Source of the DNA: an uncultured Thermus sp.
GTDB taxonomy: Bacteria; Deinococcota; Deinococci; Deinococcales; Thermaceae
NCBI GenBank assembly: GCA_947085095.1
Contig: CAMTVD010000007.1
Location: 1 to 43,692, forward strand
DNA length: 43,692 nt
Direction of reading: 5' to 3'
Of this stretch, positions 28,624 to 38,155 are shown one piece after another. Position 1 is the stretch's first letter. Every line of letters starts with the position of its first letter. A program made the translations under genes and the position numbers. A model generated the notes under the pieces. That model worked only from the letters and a program-made list of their open reading frames with translations. It was not told the DNA's origin and did not search any database.

Positions 28624-28847
28624 GCCTGCATCTCGCAGGAGCGGGTTTACCGCGAAGCTCGGCTCAGGGCGGCCAGGCTGGCGGCGCGAAGTGGTCAGGT
28701 CCTGGAGTCCAGCACCCCCACAGTCTAGGCGGGTTTGCGCCTCAGAAAACGGGTCTAGGCTATAGGTTTTGCCCCCCCTCGCCGGCTGGTGTACCAGGGC
28801 CTGGCTTACACTTTCCACGCTTCCACTCCTTGGGGCAGACTAGGGCT

Positions 28848-31442
28848 GTGGCTGCGCAGGTGTACCTTTTGCAGGAGGCGGAGGGCCTTTCCAAGGACCT
28901 CCTAGGAGGGAAGGGGTTTGGTCTGGTGGCCATGCGGCGGGCGGGGCTTCCCGTGCCCCCGGCCTTCGTGGTCACCACGGAGGCTTGCCGCCGGTACCTG
29001 AGGACGGGGGAGGTCCCGGGGCTATGGGAGGAGGTCCGGGCCAAGATGGCGGCCCTCGAGGACCTAACGGGCAAGCGCTTTGGCCTAGGGGAGGGGGCTA
29101 GCCCTCCCCTTCTCGTTTCCGTGCGGAGCGGGGCCCCGGTCTCCATGCCGGGCATGATGGACACCATCCTCAACCTGGGCCTGACCCTGGAGGGGGTGGA
29201 GGCTCTGGCCCGGGCCACCGGCAACCCCCGCTTCGCCTGGGACAGCTTCCGGAGGCTTCTCGCCATGTACGGGGAGGTGGTCCTGGGGGAGGGGTCCGAG
29301 GTCTTTGAGGAGAGGCTTTCCGCCCTCAAGGAGAGGAGGGGGGCGGAAACAGACGCGGACCTCACCGCCGAGGACCTGGAGGCGCTGGCCTACACCTACC
29401 TGGCCCACCTCGAGGCCCGGGGCACGCCCTTTCCCCTAGACCCTTGGGCCCAGCTGGAGGGAGCCATCCTGGCGGTTTTCCGGAGCTGGCAGAACCCCCG
29501 GGCCAGGACCTACCGCCGCATCTACGGCATCCCCGAGGACCTGGGCACGGCGGTGGTGGTCCAAGCCATGGTCTTCGGCAACCTGGGGGAGGACTCGGGG
29601 ACCGGGGTGGGCTTCACCCGCAACCCGGCCACCGGGGAGAAGGGGCTTTACGGGGAGTACCTCCGGAACGCTCAGGGGGAGGACGTGGTGGCGGGCATCC
29701 GCACCCCTGAGCCCCTGGAGCGCCTCAAGAGCTATGCGCCTGGGCTCTACGCGGAGCTAGTGCAGGTGGCGGAGGGCCTCGAGGGGCACTTCCGGGACAT
29801 GCAGGACTTTGAGTTCACCGTGGAGAGGGGGAAGCTCTACCTTCTCCAGACCCGCTCGGGGAAGCGGACCGCCCAGGCGGCGGTGCGCATCGCCGTGGAG
29901 ATGGCGGAGGAGGGCTTGATTACCAAGGAGGAGGCCATCCTTAGGGTGGAGGCCAACGCCCTCCCGGGCCTCCTCCGCCCCGCGGTGGACCGGGATAAGG
30001 CTCCAAAGCCCCTGGTCAAGGGTCTTCCCGCCAGCCCCGGAGCCGCCTTTGGCCATGCCGTTTTCAGCAACGAGGCGGCGGAGCGCTACACCGCCCAGGG
30101 CCTTCCCACCATCCTCATCCGCCCCGAGACCACCCCCGAGGACATCACCGGCATGTACCTGTCCAAGGGCATCCTCACCGCCCGGGGGGGGCTCACCTCC
30201 CACGCCGCCGTGGTGGCCCGGGGCCTGGGGGTGCCGGCGGTGGTGGGGGCCGAGGCCCTCAGGGTCTACCCCGGGGAGGGGCGGGCCTGGGCGGAAGGTG
30301 TGGAGATCCGCGAGGGGGACCTCCTTACCCTGGACGGGAGCACGGGGGAGGTGTACCTGGGGAGCGTGCCCCTGGTGGAGGCCGCCGGGGAGGCCCTTCT
30401 CGCCAAACTCCTCTCCTGGGCCGAGCCCCACAGGAGACTGGGGGTCAGGGCCAACGCCGACACCCCCGAGGACGCCCAGAGGGCCAGGGCCTTCGGGGCC
30501 GAGGGCATCGGGCTTTGCCGCACGGAGCACATGTTCTTCCAGGAGGAGCGGCTTCCTTGGGTGCGGCGCCTGATCCTGGCGGCCACGGAGGAGGAAGAGG
30601 CGGAGGCCCTGGAGGTCCTGTTCCACTTCCAGAAGGAGGACTTCAAGGGGATCCTCCGGGCCATGGACGGCCTGCCCGTCACCGTGCGCCTCCTGGACCC
30701 GCCCCTCCACGAGTTCCTGCCCCCCCTGGCGGAGCTCGGGGAGAAGGCCGAGGCCGGGGACGAAGAGGCGAGGGCCCTTCTGGAAAGGGCCAAGGCCCTC
30801 CACGAGCTGAACCCCATGCTGGGCTTTAGGGGCGTGAGGCTCCTCCTCCTCCGCCCGGGGATCTTCCGCATGCAGCTCAAGGCCCTTCTGGAGGCGGCCA
30901 AGGAGCTTAGGGAGGAAGGCCTGGACCCCAGGCCCGAGGTCATGCTTCCCCTGGTGGCCGACCCCAAGGAGGTGGCCCGGGCGAGGGCCCTGGCGGAGGA
31001 GCTCTTCCGGGAGTACGGGCCCATCCCCTTCGGCACCATGATTGAGACCCCGAGGGCTGCCCTTTTAGCGGAGGAGATCGCCCCCCTGGTGGACTTCTTC
31101 AGCTTCGGCACCAACGACCTTACCCAGATGACTTTCGGCCTTTCCCGGGACGATGCGGGCAAGTTCCTGCCCCGGTACGTGGAGGAGGGCCTCTTCCCCT
31201 TTGACCCCTCGGAGCGCCTGGACGAGAAGGGGGTGGGCCGGCTTTTGCGCCTGGCGGTGGAGGAGGGGAGGCGGGCCAACCCTGGGCTCAAACTGGGCCT
31301 CTGCGGGGAGCACGGGGGCGAGGCGGGGAGCGTGCGCTTCGTGGCCGACCTCCTGGACTACACCTCCGCAAGCCCCTTCCGCGTCCTCACCGCCAGGCTG
31401 GCCGCCGCCCAGGCGGGGCTTTCCTCCCTGCAGCCTGTCTGA
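28848..31442 (+). CDS. ppdK: Pyruvate, phosphate dikinase
   Basis: LGGKG, SVRSGAPVSMPGMMDT, GGLTSHAAVVARG (phospho-His), GLCRTEHMF, FGTNDL, GLCGEHG. Start inferred at GTG 28848. Confidence 0.95.
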   Translation: MAAQVYLLQEAEGLSKDLLGGKGFGLVAMRRAGLPVPPAFVVTTEACRRYLRTGEVPGLWEEVRAKMAALEDLTGKRFGLGEGASPPLLVSVRSGAPVSMPGMMDTILNLGLTLEGVEALARATGNPRFAWDSFRRLLAMYGEVVLGEGSEVFEERLSALKERRGAETDADLTAEDLEALAYTYLAHLEARGTPFPLDPWAQLEGAILAVFRSWQNPRARTYRRIYGIPEDLGTAVVVQAMVFGNLGEDSGTGVGFTRNPATGEKGLYGEYLRNAQGEDVVAGIRTPEPLERLKSYAPGLYAELVQVAEGLEGHFRDMQDFEFTVERGKLYLLQTRSGKRTAQAAVRIAVEMAEEGLITKEEAILRVEANALPGLLRPAVDRDKAPKPLVKGLPASPGAAFGHAVFSNEAAERYTAQGLPTILIRPETTPEDITGMYLSKGILTARGGLTSHAAVVARGLGVPAVVGAEALRVYPGEGRAWAEGVEIREGDLLTLDGSTGEVYLGSVPLVEAAGEALLAKLLSWAEPHRRLGVRANADTPEDAQRARAFGAEGIGLCRTEHMFFQEERLPWVRRLILAATEEEEAEALEVLFHFQKEDFKGILRAMDGLPVTVRLLDPPLHEFLPPLAELGEKAEAGDEEARALLERAKALHELNPMLGFRGVRLLLLRPGIFRMQLKALLEAAKELREEGLDPRPEVMLPLVADPKEVARARALAEELFREYGPIPFGTMIETPRAALLAEEIAPLVDFFSFGTNDLTQMTFGLSRDDAGKFLPRYVEEGLFPFDPSERLDEKGVGRLLRLAVEEGRRANPGLKLGLCGEHGGEAGSVRFVADLLDYTSASPFRVLTARLAAAQAGLSSLQPV

Positions 31443-31454
31443 AGGCTCCGCCCT

Positions 31455-33380
31455 TCAGGTGCCCTCTGGAAGCCGCAGGGGTCTTCCCGCCACCATGAGG
31501 TAGACCTCCGCCTCCCGGGCGAGGAGGGCGTTGACGGTGCCGAGGAGGTCCCGGTACCGGCGGGCCAGGGGGTTGGGCGGCACGATCCCCATGCCCACCT
31601 CGTTGGAGACCAGAATCACCCGTTTTTGGGTGGAACGGATGGCCTCGAGGAGCCCCTCGGCCTCTGCTACCGGGTCCAGGCCGCTTTCCATGAGGTTGGC
31701 CACCCAGAGGGTGAGGCAGTCCACCACCACCGTGGGGTGGCGGGCCCGCTTCAGGGCTCCCGCCAGGTCCAGGGGCTCCTCCAGGGTCTCCCAGGTGGGG
31801 GGACGCTCGGCCCGGTGGCGGGCGATTCGCTCGGCCATCTCCTCGTCCCGGGCCTCGGCGGTGGCGATCAGGGTGGCGAAGGGCCCGGCCAGGGTCTGGG
31901 CGAAGCGGCTCTTGCCGCTTCTGGCCCCGCCCAGGAGGAGGATGAGGCCCGGCTTTGGGGGCGGGTCGGGGCTTTGGGGAAGGGGGTTGGCGTGGACATT
32001 CCCTGAGAGGCCCAGGGCCCGGTGCAGGGCCTTCAGGTCCAGGTGCCTTTCCAGGGCTTCCGCCAACCCGTCCAGGGCCTCCTCCAGGCCCTTGGCTTCT
32101 CTCCCAAAGAGGGCACGTTGCACCCCCGGGTTCTCCAGGAGGCCGTGGAGCCAGGTGGCGAGGAGGGGGCCCCTTTGGTGGACGAGGGGAAGCCCCTCCC
32201 CGTGGTGGATCTCATACCCCTCCGCCTCGAGGCCGTTGAGCCCCTCCCAGGGGCCGGTAAGCCCACCAAGCCGCATCCGCTGCCTCAGGATGGTCTTCTC
32301 CCGCCGCATCCGGACCCTGAAGGGCAAAAGGCCAAGCCCGGGGAAGACCCCCCTTTCCTCCACCCCCTCCTCGTCCACCAGGACCTCCGAGAGCATCTCC
32401 GCCCCGCCGCAGATGGCGAGGAGGGGCCTGCCCGCTTCCAGGTGCCTTTGGATTACGGGGAGGAAAGCCCGGAGCCAGGGGAGGTCCCGGGCCGGGAGGC
32501 GGCTTCCCGGGAGGACCAGGAGGTCCGCCCCCTCGGCCTCTTCGGGGGTGCGGGCGTAGCGGGGCCGGGCCACCTCCCCAAGGGCCCAGAACTCGTCCAG
32601 GTTGGCGGCGTGGGGGTAGCGGAGGATGGCCACCCGGGGCCCCCCCTGCCCCTCCAGGCGGTGGCGGAAGCCGTCCTCCTCGGGGAGGGAGAGGGGGAGG
32701 AGGGGGAGGGTGCCCAGGACGGGGACCCCGGTCCAGCCCTGGAGGAGGCCGTAGGCGGGCTTTAAAAGCTCCAGGTCCCCCCGGAACTTGTTGAAGACAA
32801 AGCCCAAAAGCCTCTCCCGGTGCTCATCAAGAAGGGCCCAGGTGCCGTAAAGGGCCGCCAGGGAGCCGCCCTGGTCCACGTCCGCCACCAGGAGGGCCTT
32901 GGCCTCGGCCCACTCCGCCACCTTCAGGTTGGGGAGGTCGGGCCAGAGGTTGCGCTCCGCCGGGCTTCCTGCCCCCTCCAGGACCAGGACCTCGTACTCC
33001 CCAAGGAGCCCCTCCAGGGCCTCGCGGATGGGGGCCTCCAGATGGGGTTTGCGCTCCTTCCAGGGAAGCCCCGAGAGGAAGGGGTCCACCCGGCCCAGGA
33101 CCACCACCTGGGCCCCCCGCTCCCCGAAGGGCTTGATGAGGACGGGGTTCATGCGCACCTCGGGCTCGGCCCCCGCCGCCAGGGCCTGGAGCCACTGGGC
33201 GCTGGCCATCTCCCCGCCTGCCACCACCCGGGCGTGGTTGGCCATGTTCTGGGCCTTGAAGGGAGCGGCCCGGAGGCCGAGCCTCCGGAAGTGGCGGAGG
33301 AGGCCTGCCGTGAGGAGGCTTTTCCCCACGCCGCTTCCCGTGCCCCAGACCATGAGGGTCCTGGCCCTTTGCAAAGGCAC
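31455..33380 (-). CDS. cobQ-cobU: Fused cobyric acid synthase CobQ + adenosylcobinamide kinase/guanylyltransferase CobU
   Basis: GTGSGVGKS, FKAQNM, EGAGSPAE and ICGG (CobQ), then GGARSGKS, DEEMAERIARHR, VDCLTLW and SNEVGMG (CobU), all in one frame. Confidence 0.92.
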   Translation of the reverse strand: MPLQRARTLMVWGTGSGVGKSLLTAGLLRHFRRLGLRAAPFKAQNMANHARVVAGGEMASAQWLQALAAGAEPEVRMNPVLIKPFGERGAQVVVLGRVDPFLSGLPWKERKPHLEAPIREALEGLLGEYEVLVLEGAGSPAERNLWPDLPNLKVAEWAEAKALLVADVDQGGSLAALYGTWALLDEHRERLLGFVFNKFRGDLELLKPAYGLLQGWTGVPVLGTLPLLPLSLPEEDGFRHRLEGQGGPRVAILRYPHAANLDEFWALGEVARPRYARTPEEAEGADLLVLPGSRLPARDLPWLRAFLPVIQRHLEAGRPLLAICGGAEMLSEVLVDEEGVEERGVFPGLGLLPFRVRMRREKTILRQRMRLGGLTGPWEGLNGLEAEGYEIHHGEGLPLVHQRGPLLATWLHGLLENPGVQRALFGREAKGLEEALDGLAEALERHLDLKALHRALGLSGNVHANPLPQSPDPPPKPGLILLLGGARSGKSRFAQTLAGPFATLIATAEARDEEMAERIARHRAERPPTWETLEEPLDLAGALKRARHPTVVVDCLTLWVANLMESGLDPVAEAEGLLEAIRSTQKRVILVSNEVGMGIVPPNPLARRYRDLLGTVNALLAREAEVYLMVAGRPLRLPEGT

Positions 33381-33416
33381 CTCCCCGCCAACGCCCCCAA
33401 TCCCCCGGGGCGCTCC

Positions 33417-34406
33417 CTAGTCTACCCGGGCCAGCACCTTGAGGGCCTCGAGAAGGGCCTCTATGGCCTCCTCCTTCTGGGCGGAAAGCCTAAGCCACTC
33501 GGGGAGGCCGAAGCTGGTGGCGTCCCGCACCCTTATGCCCCGCTCCCTCAGGGCCCGGGCCACCTGCGTGGCCTTTCCCACCCGCACCAGGAGGAAGTTG
33601 GCGGGGCTTTCCCGGACCTCGAGGCCCAGCTCCCTAAGCCCCTGGGCCAGGAGCCGCCGCAAGCGGTGGAGCTCCTTTCGGCTTTCTCGGAGCCAGGCCT
33701 GGGCCCTGGGGTCCAGATGCCCCCGGAGGAGGGCTTCCCCGTAAACCGAGACGGGCCAGCTGGGGGCCAGGTGGCGGAAGGGGGTGAGGTCCAGGGGGGC
33801 CACCAGGTACCCGGCCCGCACCCCGGTGAGGCCGTGGGCCTTGTTGGGGCTGTAAAGGCGCCAGGCCCCCTCGGGGAGGGGAAGGGGCTCTTCCAAGAGG
33901 TCGTGGTAGGCCAGGTCCAGGACCAAGGCCCCCCCGGCCCGCCGGGCGGCCTCCTCCAGGAAAGGGTAGACCTCCCCGGTGGGGTTGTTGGGGAGGCAGA
34001 GGAAGGCCAGGGCGCTTCTGGGGAGGAGCTCCAGGAACTCCTCGGGGCTTCGGGCCTCCCAGAGGGGCAGGTCCAGGGCCCGGGCGGCCCGGGCGTACTC
34101 GCTGAAGGTGGGAGGGAGGAGGAGGATGGGGCCCCGGAGGTAGTTCCAGCGGGCCAAGCGGTGGATGAGCTCGCTGGTTCCCGTGCCCACGGCCACCTGC
34201 TCCTCCGCTACCCCGTGGGCCTGGGCCAGGAGGCGGTGGGTTTTGCGGTAGAGGGGGTCGGGGTAGCGGCTCGGGTCCACCCGCCTCAGGTATTCCAGGA
34301 TCACGGGGTTGGGCCCCAGGGCGTTGGCGTTGGTGGAGAAGTCGTAAAGGGGCTCCGGGCCCCCGTCGGGGCCGCCGTGGATGGGCGCCAGCACGTCGTC
34401 CAACAT
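33417..34406 (-). CDS. cobD: L-threonine-O-3-phosphate decarboxylase (PLP class II)
   Basis: HGG, DFSTNANALG, YPD, PNNPTG, DLAY, SPNKAHGLTGVRAGY; cob gene context. Confidence 0.85.
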   Translation of the reverse strand: MLDDVLAPIHGGPDGGPEPLYDFSTNANALGPNPVILEYLRRVDPSRYPDPLYRKTHRLLAQAHGVAEEQVAVGTGTSELIHRLARWNYLRGPILLLPPTFSEYARAARALDLPLWEARSPEEFLELLPRSALAFLCLPNNPTGEVYPFLEEAARRAGGALVLDLAYHDLLEEPLPLPEGAWRLYSPNKAHGLTGVRAGYLVAPLDLTPFRHLAPSWPVSVYGEALLRGHLDPRAQAWLRESRKELHRLRRLLAQGLRELGLEVRESPANFLLVRVGKATQVARALRERGIRVRDATSFGLPEWLRLSAQKEEAIEALLEALKVLARVD

Positions 34407-34686
34407 GCCCTTCAGCCTAAGGCAAAGGCGCTTCCCCAAGAGGGTTCTGGGCCATAGGTTGGGCCCCCGTCCCCGGTCCGAGCGGCCCGTTTGCGCTTCT
34501 ATGCCTCCCCCGGCCTTCCCAAGGCCGGAGGGCCTGGGGGGATCCGGGCACCTGAACCCTGGGGCGCCGCCCTCGGGCCCGGCCGAAAGCCTCTTCCAGG
34601 TCCCTTCGTCCGGCTTTGGGCTCAGCCGGGGACGGAAGGGGTTGCCGGGGGAGGCCCTCTATGGAAGCATGGAAACGGAGGTGGAT

Positions 34687-35778
34687 ATGAGGGTTACCCT
34701 AAGCGTGCTCAAGGCGGATATAGGTTCCGTGGGCGGCCACACCCTCCCTAGCCCGGCGGTTCTGAAGAGGGTCCGGGAGGTGGTGGAGGCGGCCAAGGGG
34801 GACCTCCTGTTGGACGCCTACGTGTTCCACATCGGGGACGATATCGTCCTCCTCCTTTCCCACCGGCACGGGGTGCGCAACCCCGCCGTCCACGAGCTGG
34901 CCTGGAGGGCCTTCCGGGAGGGCACGGAGGTGGCCAAGGAGGAGGGGCTTTACGGCGCGGGCCAGGACCTCCTGAAGGACGCCTTCACCGGCAACCTCCA
35001 CGGCCTCGGGCCCCAGGTGGCGGAGATGGAGTTTGAGGAGAGGCCCTCCGAGCCCTTCATGATCCTGGCCGCCGACAAGACGGAGCCCGGGGCCTTCAAC
35101 CTTCCCCTCTACCTGGCCTTCGCCGACCCCATGTACTCTTCGGGCCTCCTCCTCTCCTCGGAGCTTCGCCCGGGTTTCCGCTTCCGCATCATGGACCTGG
35201 CCCGAACCGACCGGGACAGCCACATCGTCCTGGACGCCCCCGAGAGGCTTTACGACATCGCCGCCCTCCTCAGGGACTCCCACCGCTTTGCCATAGAGTC
35301 CATCTGGTCCCGCAAGTACGGGGAGATCGCGGCGGTGGTCAGCACCACCCGCCTCAGGAACATCGCCGGGCGTTACGTGGGCAAGGACGACCCCGTGGCC
35401 CTGGTGCGCACCCAGAAGATCTTCCCCGCCACCGAGGAGTTCGGCCCGCCCTTCGCCCTGGCCCCCTTTGTGGCCGGGGATACCCGGGGGAGCCACCACA
35501 TGCCCCTCATGCCCGTGAAGGCCAACACCCCCGCCTCCACCTTCTTCTGCGTGCCCATGGTCTGCGCCCTGGGCTTTTCCCTCAAGGAGGGGCGGCTCAC
35601 CGGCCCCGTGGACCTCTTCGCCGACCCCGTCTGGGATGCGGTGCGGGCTAAGGTGGTGGAGAAGGCCCAGGAGATGCGCCGCCAGGGCTTCTACGGCCCC
35701 GCCATGCTCCCCATGGAGGAGCTGGAGTACACCGGGATCGCCGAGCGCCTGAGGGAGCTGGAGGGGGAGTTCAGCTGA
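34687..35778 (+). CDS. fbp: Bifunctional fructose-1,6-bisphosphate aldolase/phosphatase (FBPase class V)
   Basis: KADIGSVGGH, IGDD, LYGAGQDLL, DKTEPGAFN, YVGKDDP, RGSH, EELEYT; GGAGG RBS. Confidence 0.93.
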   Translation: MRVTLSVLKADIGSVGGHTLPSPAVLKRVREVVEAAKGDLLLDAYVFHIGDDIVLLLSHRHGVRNPAVHELAWRAFREGTEVAKEEGLYGAGQDLLKDAFTGNLHGLGPQVAEMEFEERPSEPFMILAADKTEPGAFNLPLYLAFADPMYSSGLLLSSELRPGFRFRIMDLARTDRDSHIVLDAPERLYDIAALLRDSHRFAIESIWSRKYGEIAAVVSTTRLRNIAGRYVGKDDPVALVRTQKIFPATEEFGPPFALAPFVAGDTRGSHHMPLMPVKANTPASTFFCVPMVCALGFSLKEGRLTGPVDLFADPVWDAVRAKVVEKAQEMRRQGFYGPAMLPMEELEYTGIAERLRELEGEFS

Positions 35779-35785
35779 GCCGGCT

Positions 35786-36124
35786 TCACGGCCCGGGCTC
35801 AAGAAGGGGGATGGCCCCTTCCCGCATCCGGGCAAGGACGGGCTTAAGGGCCTCCGCCTCATCTCGGGTGTAGGCGTGGAGCTCCACGGGAAGCCCAGGA
35901 AAGGCCTTCCGGGCCAGGCGGTGGAGGTCAGGCCTTGGGGTTCCCCGGTAGACCAGGAGGAGGTCCACGTCGCTTCCGGGCAGGGCCCGGCCCTTGGCCC
36001 AGGAGCCGAAGAGCCAGGCCTCCTCAACGGGGACTTCCTGTCTTAAGGCCTCTAACCCTTGCCTGAGCGAAAGGAGCAGGGCCTCTTTAGTCCATCTGGG
36101 ATAGAAGACTTTCACAGAAGGCAT
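35786..36124 (-). CDS. Minimal nucleotidyltransferase (MNT) antitoxin-like protein
   Basis: LFGSWAKG..SDVDLLLV (GSx10DxD); overlaps the HEPN gene end. Confidence 0.88.
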   Translation of the reverse strand: MPSVKVFYPRWTKEALLLSLRQGLEALRQEVPVEEAWLFGSWAKGRALPGSDVDLLLVYRGTPRPDLHRLARKAFPGLPVELHAYTRDEAEALKPVLARMREGAIPLLEPGP

Positions 36125-36472
36125 ACACCGCCTCCGCGTGGGCCAGAAGCCTTTCCGCTTCCGGCCTCCGGTAGCGTTCAAAGGGGGCCCCTTCCGGCAG
36201 GGCGTCCGGGTAGCGGGAGGGGATGTAGGCTTTGTCCAGCTCGCTGGCGGCGTCCAGGAGGGCTTCTGGCACGGGGAAGCTTTGGGCGAGCCCTTCCAGG
36301 AGACCTGCCACCGAACGCCCCCAGGCTAAGGCTCCCATCCGCTGGAAGACAGCCTTGACCGCTTTTTCCGCGGCCTGCTGGGCAGCGAAGGCGGCCAGCC
36401 TTCCCTCAAGGAGAGCCTGGCCTGATCCAGGTCCCGCCGGGCCTGGAGGAGAAAGTCCCGGCTCCGCTCCAT
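36087..36472 (-). pseudogene. HEPN-domain protein, frameshifted near 36397
   Basis: ATG 36472 reads MERSRDFLLQARRDLDQARLSLREG, then the frame shifts to AAFAAQQAAEKAVKA..LDKAYIPSRYPD. The first frame stops after about 48 aa. Confidence 0.85.
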
Positions 36473-36481
36473 AACCTGAGC

Positions 36482-37336
36482 CTACCATCCCCTCAAAGCG
36501 GTGAGCCCTGCTAGGAGTAGCCCAGTCCCGTACCCCACCCCGCCTGCCCAGGGGAGGGCCCTGGCCACGTGCTCCGGCCCCGGGGAGGGGGCCTCGAGGT
36601 TCAGGGCGTATGCCCCCCGCTTCCTCAGGCGGACCCCAAGCCTCAGGGCTAGGGCCGCCATGGGGAAGCCGGCGTTGGGGGAGGGGGTCTTGCGGGCCTC
36701 CCGGAGGAGCCTGTCCCAGAGCCTGGGGGGGCAGAGGAGGAGGCCGGTGAGCCGGGCGGGTAGGAGGTTCAGGAGGTCGTCGGCCCGGGCGGCGAAGGTG
36801 CCCCTGGCCCCGTGCTCGGGGTAGCCCCACATGGCGTCGGCGGTGTTGGCGTAGCGGTAGAGGGCGGCTCCCCCGAGGCCCAGGAGGGCGTAGTAGAGGA
36901 GGGGGGCCAGGAGGCTGTCGGAGAGGTTCTCCGCCAGGCTTTCCAGGGCGGCCTCCCGCACCTCTTCCTCGGAGAGGTCCTCCGTCCTCCGGCTCACGAT
37001 CCGGGAAAGGCAGCTTCTTCCCGCCTTGAGGCCCTCTTCCAGGGCCCGCTCCACCCCCAAGACCTCCAAAAGGAGCATCCTCAGGCTGAAGAGGGGCTTG
37101 AGGAGGAGGCCGAGGAGAACCCAGCCCAGGGCCAGGGGCCTTAGGAGGAGGTCCAGGAGGAAGGCGGGAAGGGCGAAGACGAGGGCCCCCAGGGTCCAGT
37201 AGAAGGCCCCGGACCAGAGCCCCCGCACCTGGGGCCAGGCCCACTCCAGGTACCGCCCCATCCAGACCACGGGGTGGAGCCTGGGAGGGGGTTCCCCCAG
37301 GAGGGCGTCCAGGAGGAGGGCAAAAAGCAGGCTCAT
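36482..37336 (-). CDS. cbiB: Adenosylcobinamide-phosphate synthase CbiB
   Basis: D..LGEP..HPV, IVSR, ESLAENLSD, YRYANTADAMWGY, SPNAG. Confidence 0.92.
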   Translation of the reverse strand: MSLLFALLLDALLGEPPPRLHPVVWMGRYLEWAWPQVRGLWSGAFYWTLGALVFALPAFLLDLLLRPLALGWVLLGLLLKPLFSLRMLLLEVLGVERALEEGLKAGRSCLSRIVSRRTEDLSEEEVREAALESLAENLSDSLLAPLLYYALLGLGGAALYRYANTADAMWGYPEHGARGTFAARADDLLNLLPARLTGLLLCPPRLWDRLLREARKTPSPNAGFPMAALALRLGVRLRKRGAYALNLEAPSPGPEHVARALPWAGGVGYGTGLLLAGLTALRGW

Positions 37337-37863
37337 CCTTGGCCGCTTTGTGGGGCCCCAAGCCGGTCCAGGACCCTCCTGGGCCAGTCCACCACCAGGA
37401 CGCTTCCCGGAGGGACAAAGCCGTCCTCCCCCAGGGCCCTGAGCACCGCCCGCACCACCCCGCCGTGGGTGAAGAGGAGGGCCGGGGCCCTTAGCCCCTC
37501 CAGGAAGCGGAAGGCCCTCTCCTGGAAGCTCTCCAGGCTCTCCCCGCCCGGCGGGCGGAAGCCCTGGAAGCGGAGAAGGGCCTCCTTGTGGACGGGGTCC
37601 AGGGCTTCCCAAAGCGCCCCCTCGAGGGCCCCGAAGTGAATTTCCCGCAGGGACCGGGTGGCCTCTGGACGGAAGCCCGCAAGCTCCGCCGTCAGGAGGG
37701 CCCGCCTTAGATCGGAGCTGAAGGCGGGGAGGGGAGGGAGAAGCCCCTTCAGGGCCCCGGCCTGGGCCTCGCCCTCGGGGGTGAGGGGGAGGTCCGTCCA
37801 GCCGAGAAGCCTTCCCTCCCGGTTCCAGAGGGTTTCCCCGTGGCGCACGAGCCAGAGCTCCAC
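37333..37863 (-). CDS. cobC: Alpha-ribazole/adenosylcobalamin phosphatase (histidine phosphatase)
   Basis: RHGET.WN, SSDL.RA, REIHFG..EG, GGES, THGG; coupled to cbiB. Confidence 0.85.
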   Translation of the reverse strand: MELWLVRHGETLWNREGRLLGWTDLPLTPEGEAQAGALKGLLPPLPAFSSDLRRALLTAELAGFRPEATRSLREIHFGALEGALWEALDPVHKEALLRFQGFRPPGGESLESFQERAFRFLEGLRAPALLFTHGGVVRAVLRALGEDGFVPPGSVLVVDWPRRVLDRLGAPQSGQG

Positions 37864-38095
37864 GGGGCCCAGTCTACCCCGCCTGCCCCCGGCCCAGGGC
37901 CTCCAGCTCCCGAAGTTGCCTAGGGTCGGTCAGGTTGAGGGGATGCCCTGTCCTAAGTGGTCGCACCTTGGCTTTGCCACATCCAGCCTCGCTCCGGACC
38001 CTCCCTATTCCGCCCCGCTGGCGGGGAGGAGGAGTGGGGGGGTGGAATCGGTCGGCGGGGGGCTGAGTGGCTTTGGCCCCGAAGGAAACAGGAAC

Positions 38096-38113
38096 ATACC
38101 CCAGTGGGGGTAT
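38096..38113. promoter_or_regulatory. Palindrome ATACCCC-AGTG-GGGGTAT, CsoR/RcnR-family operator-like
   Basis: Perfect 7-bp inverted repeat with G/C tracts, just upstream of TTGCCA-N18-TAGGAT (38119-38148) of cobT. Confidence 0.5.
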
Positions 38114-38155
38114 TTATGTTGCCAAGCTTCAGTATAGGCCTTTAGGATGGTGGGC

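Noticed and set aside
28624..28847. Gene remnant or small RNA after csm5, where csm6 might be expected
   Set aside because: Only short stop-interrupted frames and a small CCTGC/GCAGG hairpin; no similarity to csm6 or to the repeat.
34407..34686. GC-rich hairpins between cobD and fbp as a cobalamin riboswitch or ncRNA
   Set aside because: No recognisable B12-box or GCCACTG motifs, and stems are expected at this GC content. An Infernal scan would settle it.
36087..37418. 443-aa ORF suggesting a large HEPN fusion
   Set aside because: An artefact of the HEPN frameshift joining an alternate frame of cbiB.
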